Shown here: positions 56,783 to 64,000 of the stretch, piece after piece | Layout of the letters: each line of letters begins with the position of its first letter | Numbering within the stretch: the stretch's first letter is position 1 | Source of the DNA: Massalongia carnosa | Taxonomy: Eukaryota | DNA: 64,000 bases | NCBI GenBank assembly: GCA_965645245.1 | Contig: OZ287074.1 | Coordinates: 1,674,001-1,738,000 of the forward strand | Reading direction: 5' to 3' | Position numbers and translations under genes: made by a program | The notes under the pieces: model-generated | What the model was told of the DNA's origin: nothing | Seen by the model: the letters and a program-made list of their open reading frames with translations, nothing else | Database searches by the model: none

Positions 56783-59700
56783 ATGAAAGATAACTGTTTA
56801 TCGAGTCGGACAGCTAACGAAGAGGTCATGGAAAACTCCCTTTCATCAGCGCCAAAGTTGCCAGCGGCTCAGGAGAATGACACGCAAGATCCCGCCGCAG
56901 GTTGTAACATAGTCAACCATCTGAATCCTTCCCAACCTCCCCGGGCTCTCGATTCACTGGGTAGCGACCTTGACACGTCCTATCCCCAGCTCCGGAACAC
57001 TTCTTCGCCCACGTCTTCCAAACCTGCGCTGCACCGACCTCAATCCGACGGTGAGGACGAGGAGCCAGGGACGGAGAAAGGGTTCCAGAGGTTTTCGGGT
57101 CCGCCTTCGGTCGCGCAGAAGGCCAGGGATGCTGTGCACCACAGTATCGAGGGGGAAGGGGTCTGCAAGATGCACAGGTTCACCTTGTACGAGACGGCAA
57201 GCAGGTTCTACTTGGTGGGAGGCGACATTGTGGATCGCAGGTTCAAGATCTTGAAGATTGACCGCACGGTGGAGTCGGGGGATTTGAGCATGGCGGAAGA
57301 CGAGGTTGTGTACACTAAGAAGGAGAAGAACAAGATTCTCAACACTGTGGATAACGGCAACAGGAGTTCGGGAGGGCTGAAGTTGCGATGCCGCAACTCG
57401 GGTCTGCTGGGCTTTATTCGTTTTACGGGTGCGTATTACATGCTGGTCATTACTAAACGAAGCCAGGTCGCTTTGATAGGAGGTCATTACATCTATCAAG
57501 TGGATGACACAGACCTTGTGCCTCTGACCACAACCACAATAACGTCGTCGTCGTCGTCTCGAGGGAGGATAGATCGAGACCCCGAGGAAGCTCGCTTTCT
57601 CGGCATCTTGAACAACCTCGATCTTTCACATTCCTTTTATTTCAGCTATTCGTATGACATCACGCGCACGCTGCAGCACAACATGATTTATGAGCGCCAC
57701 GCTCTGCGTGAAGGTTCGACGTCTTCGCTTCCGGGGCCGCGTAATGCAATGTTTATCTGGAACCACCATCTCCTAGAACCTGCATCAAAAACGCTAAAGA
57801 ACACCCATGACTGGTGCTTGCCCATAGTGCATGGATTTGTAGATCAAGCAAGTACACCACCCGCACCCGCCCTGGCGCTTCCTCTTTTTGACGTGCCGCA
57901 CAGCGCTCTCAATCTTCGGGCGTACCGTCTACATAACGATCATTGCAAGACGTTCGCGATGTTTTGCTGGTGCAAGATTCCTGAAACGTGGTGCCAACGA
58001 TCTAGTATATCATACTCCGTCGGATTCGGTGTCAGGGGCTGACGTATTAAAATAGGGTTATGTCGCTAATGACGTGGAAACCGAGCAAATTGTTTCGGAG
58101 ATGCTGACAACATCCTTCCATGCTCCTGGCCCTGAACTCTTTGCCAATCCATACTACACTTCTTATGTACAACATCGCGGAAGTATCCCGCTGTATTGGA
58201 CTCAGGACAATACTGGAGTCACCCCCAAGCCTGCCATTGAGAGTACAGCACCTTCGTAGTATCTTTGGAGATAACTATTAACATGGTTTTGGCAGTGTAT
58301 TTAGAAGACCCCTTTTACAGCGCTGCGGCTCTCCACTTTGATGATCTCTTCGAGCGTTACGGAGCGCCTTTGTATATTGTGAATTTAGTAAAAGTTAGTC
58401 TCCGTCATGTGACATCCAGCTGTTGATATAGAATGTCTGATAGTATTCAGGCTCGCGAGCGAACACCTCGTGAATCCATTTTACTAAAGGAGTTCACCAA
58501 TGCTATCGAGTACCTAAATCAATTTTTACCTGAGGGTAAGAAGCTTCTCTACAAGGCGTGGGATATGAGTCGAGCGTCAAAAAGGTATGTTGTAGGTGGG
58601 GAGCGGTGGTAAGTACAAGGAGAAACAGAGCCCCTGCTTACTCATTTACTAGCCGAGACCAAAATGTTATTAGAACCTTGGAGTCAATAGCAGAAGACGT
58701 GATGAAATCCACAGGATTTTTCCATAATGGTAACAACCACTCTGCTGACCTTCGTCTGCAAAACGGAGTGGCAAGGACAAACTGTATCGACTGCTTGGAC
58801 AGGACCAACGCTGCCCAATTCGTTATAGGTAAGTGTGCGCTCGGACATCAGTTGCATGCCCTCGGTGTTATCGATGATGTTTCCATTGATTATGATACTG
58901 ATGCGGTAAATCTGTTTACCCACATGTAAGGATAGCTGTGTTGGGTTCTTAACACGTGTATATATGGCTAAAAAGACAATTATTAGGTACCACGATCATG
59001 GCGACACGATCGCAATCCAGTATGGCGGTTCACATCTAGTGAATACAATGGCCACGTATAGAAAGATTAACCAGTGGACCAGCCATTCGCGGGACATGGT
59101 GGAGAGCTTCAAACGCTATTACAACAACTCATTTCTTGATCGTCAGCGGCAGGAAGCATATAATCTCTTTCTCGGGAATTATAAATTTGCCCAGGGAGAA
59201 CCCATGTTATGGGACCTGTCGACGGATTATTACCTCCATCATGCGGATCCCCGAACGTTATCGGAGAAGAAAAGAAACAGTTACATTGACTGGTTCAAAC
59301 CTGAAAACCTCAAGCCACGGGAAATGCCGGACATTCCGCATCTTCGAGCGAGCCTTGCGGAGAAACCGCTCCAGTTTTTCGATGACTATTGGCTTGAGTA
59401 TTATCGTCCTCTCGCCCTGTCCTCGTTCGACAAGATGTTTACTTACAGAATGAACTCCACCTTGCGATACATCCCCATCAAACCGACCCAGGAGGGTAAG
59501 TACGACTTAAGCCCATTTCGTGTTCGGTCCGCAAATGAGCACGACTCTCCGGAGAAAAGTCGTTCGAGGAAGGGAGTCGCGTTCATCGCCCTGCAAAAGG
59601 AAGTCACGGGAGATAGATCAATGCACATCGCATATCGAAAAGTTCAGTCACAGAGCTCGCCGTTGTCTGGCTCGTCACATTCCCCGCTACGGAAGCAGAT

Positions 59701-60175
59701 ATTACCAGAGCAGATTTATTCGGTGGACGTGCAGCATAATGCTGAAAACATGTCCTACAATACTCCGACAGCAACGTCCAGCCAGGAGAAAGCTCCGAAA
59801 GACCAGTCTGGGATAACGCAGTGGACGTTGGATCAGTTTGTCGCAAGTTCGCTCAATCCCTCGGTAGCGGAGAATGAGGCGCACGAGTATCAGCGATACA
59901 TCAATCATCCGCTAAATCTCCCACTCGTGATATCGGCTGACGTGCCGCCCAACCCAAACAGGGAACTCTTGGGTTATATCAACAGCATTTCCCTCGATGC
60001 TGTCACAAGCATGCGATCGATCGAAGATGACATCGCCGATTACACCGAATTCTTAGACGTGGGAGATGAGCCCTTAACGGTTACCGAGGCGGACCCTCTC
60101 AAAAAGCGATACAAAGCTTATCGCCAGTGGCTGAAAGGCAAGTCGCTCTTCAAGCAACAACGTGTCGACACTTGA
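56783..60175 (+). CDS. FIG4: SAC-domain polyphosphoinositide phosphatase (Fig4/Sac3 type), 7 exons
   Basis: [51 protein letters not shown] (CX5RT), QYGGSHLVN. Introns 57852-57903, 58005-58055, 58243-58295, 58394-58450, 58585-58652, 58926-58986; start may be ATG 56828. Confidence 0.93.
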
Positions 60176-60406
60176 GACACTTTTTCAATTATTGGCATTA
60201 TCGAAGTGCAAATTGGGGTCTCGCTTCTTGCAGTGTACCTTGTGAAGTAGAGAACTACCTAGGTAAGGTCTTGAGATGTGTGTCGGATTATCCAAACGGA
60301 AGGAGCGGGCACTCTGTTCATTTATCATAGTAGCGTGGTTTATGCGGTTATACCCTAGACATCTTGCCACCTCTATGCTTTCCTACCCGTAGGCCCCAAC
60401 CCTAGA

Positions 60407-62336
60407 TTAAATAGCCAGTAGACACTGAAGTCTGCTATCGGACTGTAGTAATATCTGGTACTCGATCGCCACGTCCATCTGAGTTTTCAGTATGGCAGTA
60501 ACCATTCGTACCGTTTGCTCGATGTTGGATTTTATACTCTGCAGATCCGCAGTTTGTGCCGCTTCGTCATGAAGCCGGCCCCAACAGCAGAGGAGGCCTT
60601 CCAGTATCTCACCTCTATGATACGCAACTCTTGGCCAGATGTTGACCACCACGGTTCTGAGAGCGCGTACCGACACCTCGATTAGGGGGGGGTATGCCGT
60701 GGCGAATGGCGATGACAGGATCTGCGAGAGCATAGGAATGATGTGCTTGATCAATCATAAGCCGCAAGGAATGTCGACGGGAAGAAGTCTGTAGAACTTA
60801 GATACCTTCAAGTGCTTCGCAGCCTCGAGTCCCATCGCGTCTATCAAATCCGTCATCTTTCCCACAAGGAGCTGTGCGATCCGAACATTCTCCCCGCCGT
60901 GAGCGTAGCCCTTGAAAATCCCATCTCTCATCAACTTGTCCAACGCCTGCATCCGAAGCGCGTGATGCGTGTCGCCGGGAAATAACGTGTGGTACAAGGT
61001 GATCAAGGTCGGGTAGGCCCCGTTGAGCATTGCAATGGACTCGGTTTCTTCGGTCAGGGAGGGGAGATACAGGAGACAGGGCATCAGAGCGCCTTGAAAG
61101 ACTTCTCCGAGTCCGGTGCGCGCAAGGAGCGGCTGGGGAACTTTCTCGAGAAGGATGGTCAGGAGCTCGCAGCCTCGGACTTTGACCTTTATGGTCGCGT
61201 CGTCGATAAAGGCGAGGATTGGAGGAATAAGCAATGGCCAATGGGACTCGATGGTGGATGCCTGTCCCAAAATGATTAGCTTCTTCCTACCGTGGGGAGT
61301 GGGGGGTGACCATAAAGCGGGGAGCTTTACGGTTAAACTTTGAAGAATCCATCGCAGTACTGTGACGATGTAGATATCATGAAACTTCCATGGTTTGATC
61401 TCCGTGTCGGGGTCGCTGGCCATATAAGTGCTTGGCGGAGGCTCCAGGACCCTCCGGCCTCGGGCGGTAACGGCCGGATTCTTTGTCTTGACGAAGAGGG
61501 GCTTTACGTGCTCTTCCAGCAATCTAGATATCAAGGCTTGAAATCTTTCAGGTTCGCCTTTAAGCTGCGAAAGCATCGTGTTTAGAAGAAGATAAGCCTG
61601 CTCCGAGGCCTCTGGGCATGACCATTTCTCGCGCGTGTCTGTGAACGAAGCCAAACATGAGACTACATTCACCGTGATCTCGTCGTCCGAAGCTGGGCTG
61701 ATCTTCTCCAAAAGAGACAGCAGGTGCAGGCCTGCTACGTTCATAGCACGTACCCGGGAAAACTCAGTAAAGCTCGTCGCAGCAATTGGGTCTGCCACAG
61801 ATCATCAGCCATTCTGTCAACATCCAAAGCTCGTAGACTGATTAGCGGTAAAACCTGTAGAATATGGTGATCTCTCCGCCCACAAAGCAGTGGGAAGAAT
61901 GGCATCCCGGACTCGTTGCTTGAGCACATCGACCGTCGCCGCGTGCCGGCTCGAAAGCCCCTCGGCGTCTCGGAACAATGCTTCCAGTACCAGCAATTCC
62001 TCGTGTGACTAAAAAAAAACCATCCAAACAATAGTTAAAGGATTGAAAATACTGATAGATCTGCTTGAAAAAATTCGAAAAGCTAAACACAAACGTTTTC
62101 GTTGCCTCACTCACATGAATACTACTACTGCTCGCCTGGTGTTCTTGAGTAGCGCGCAGCAGCTCCCGGGCAACTTCAAGCCTTGCGTCTAGGGTCGCGT
62201 CCGGGAGGAGGCGGTCGGGAAGCCGAACGGAGGAGGAAATTTCTTTTTTATTTTTGGTGATGGTCTCCTCCACATACCTTTGAGCAAGGCTGAGTAGCTG
62301 TGTAATCCTCGTCCGATCGGGGGTACTTGGCGGCAT
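60407..62336 (-). CDS. TTI2: TTI2-like (TEL2-TTI1-TTI2 complex) HEAT-type protein, multi-exon
   Basis: KPWK, HWPLLIPPILAFIDD..K.RGC.LL, LARTGLGEVF..ALMPCLLYLPSLT, recognised as fungal Tti2-like from memory; introns 60746-60805 and 61262-61330; 5' exons uncertain. Confidence 0.75.
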
Positions 62337-63243
62337 GTTGAAGGGAATGTGTATATATATTTTTTCTTTTTTTCATATCATCTTTATTTCATATCAGAGG
62401 GGAGGTTGGGTTTTGCTGAGAGGGAGTTGTAACTAACTAGTATCCTGGGGTCAAAGAAAAAAAGAAAAGGAAGAAGGTCCTAAGAATAACCGTCAATATT
62501 TACCTATCTATTGACAAAGCATCCTATTGTTTAGTTGGTTAGTAGCCTAGGTATAGTTTTGTAGGGTTTTTCGTGACGGGAGGGACAGACGAGTTCTGTC
62601 CTTCTTTGATAAGGTTTTCGGATGTTTGGTTATTCTTGAGACATTACAGGAAAAGAAACGGTGAAGATCTTGAGTAGGTAGTTAGGTAGTTAGGTACTTC
62701 GTAGTTGTTGCAAAGCAATTGGAATAAATAAATCCCGCGTATATACATGCAGTAGCTACTGTACCATCTCAGAACCGAGATTTTCGAACCGATTTCAAGT
62801 TTTTACGATTGATACAATTCTTTACGAAGTGAAACGATCCGATACAATCGAGACTTTTTGATCCTGTCCGCACGACGTCCTCTCCGCATTAAACGGTAAT
62901 TCAGTACTTCGTACTATATGGATTACATACGTACTGTACATACATACAACAAAAACCCAGTTTAACGTTTTTATTCTAATTCTATAACTCAAGCATGCAA
63001 TTACGAAATCCCAATATTGTTTCTAGGCTTACTTACAATAGGGGTTTTCACGGTTGCTTTTCAAATTTCAGGTTTTCAGGGTTTTATTTTTCAGGTTATC
63101 AGGGTTTGGCGTTTAGGCATGAGTGCCCCGAAATTATTAGAAAATTTTAATTCTAATGCTTAGTCATTCAATCAGATGTTACCAACCTATTTTCTAACTT
63201 CTTATCTTCGATCGAGGGGACATTCTTGTCATTTTAAATAGTT

Positions 63244-64000
63244 ATGCCTCGTGTCAGCTGCAAAGTGCAGCTAGAAAGAGATTTGCGTTGTCTTTACTTT
63301 CTACATGATGCTACTGCATCATCATCGGATGAATCGGATGAAGCATTGAATTTCCTACTTCTAGCAGAAGGAATTCAAGAACAGCGTTATTTAACTCCCC
63401 GATTATTCGTTCCCAAATCCAATTGGGCATCAGCTGTCCTTCCCAACCTTTCGGATGATCGATTCCGAAGTCTGCTACGCATGAATCGCTTTCCTTTTGA
63501 TCATGTTCTCGGCTTAATTCGAAATGATCCCGTCTTTTTCAATAAATCTCGTGTCCCTCAAGCCTCCGTGGAACATCAGCTAAAATACGCTCTTTTTGGA
63601 ATGAGACATGACGGTAGTGCTAGTGGATTCCTTCCTACAGCTACCATGTGGGGGATATCAGAAGGGCATGTTTTTAACTGCACCAAACGGGTGATAGAAG
63701 CACTGTGTCGGCTAAAGAATGACTTCGTTCAATGGCCCAGTGAAAGAGCTAGGATAAGAGAAAGTTTGACCAATAATCAGAGACAAGATGGATTTATCGG
63801 GGTCGTTGGCAAGGTGGATGGTACCGACGTTGTTCTACATACAAAACCAGGTGGTAAATACGAAGGCGAGCTATTCTTCAACAGAAAAAAGAGATACGCG
63901 ATGGATTTGTGTGCCGTATGTGACTCGAATAAAAGGTTTATTTACTTTCTCAGTGGATGGCCAAATTCTCAGCATGATCAGCGTATATTCGCCGCAGGTG
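63244..64000 (+). CDS. PIF/Harbinger transposase (DDE_Tnp_4/HARBI1-like), runs off window
   Basis: Open frame from ATG 63244: FRSLLRM, WGISEGHV, GKVDGT, FFNRKKRYA..AVCD, GWPNSQHD; short ttttcagg repeats upstream (63040-63110). Confidence 0.9.
   Translation, partial: MPRVSCKVQLERDLRCLYFLHDATASSSDESDEALNFLLLAEGIQEQRYLTPRLFVPKSNWASAVLPNLSDDRFRSLLRMNRFPFDHVLGLIRNDPVFFNKSRVPQASVEHQLKYALFGMRHDGSASGFLPTATMWGISEGHVFNCTKRVIEALCRLKNDFVQWPSERARIRESLTNNQRQDGFIGVVGKVDGTDVVLHTKPGGKYEGELFFNRKKRYAMDLCAVCDSNKRFIYFLSGWPNSQHDQRIFAAG

Noticed and set aside
56954..57499. 181-aa antisense ORF in FIG4, and the many short ORFs overlapping gag/pol
   Set aside because: Shadow frames of coding DNA with no recognisable motifs

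Overview
Genomic DNA of a filamentous ascomycete (Pezizomycotina-like: short GT-AG introns, fungal transposable element (TE) families). Positions 1-~56,470 are an almost unbroken block of nested TEs whose insertion order can be rebuilt from target-site duplications (TSDs). The block holds four full-length chromodomain-type Ty3/Gypsy LTR elements (A 1073-8817; B 9304-15806 minus; near-identical C 22192-28770 and D 48509-55028) and one RT-less LTR element (I, 16771-28799) carrying an antisense, intron-containing Zn-cluster/coiled-coil ORF. It also holds a 571-bp TRIM-like element (45940-46510), about ten solo LTRs, five pogo/Fot1-type, two Tc1-type and two Mutator-type DNA transposons, and a hAT-type MITE. 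Nesting reaches five levels. Five LTR families, including the miniature one, have a primer-binding site (PBS) complementary to their own LTR (Tf1-type self-priming). A-D have G-GGA-AAN -1 slippery sites with downstream stems. From ~56,800 there are host genes (FIG4-like SAC phosphoinositide phosphatase, convergent TTI2-like gene), then a PIF/Harbinger transposase running off the window. All calls are by eye; no database searches were run.
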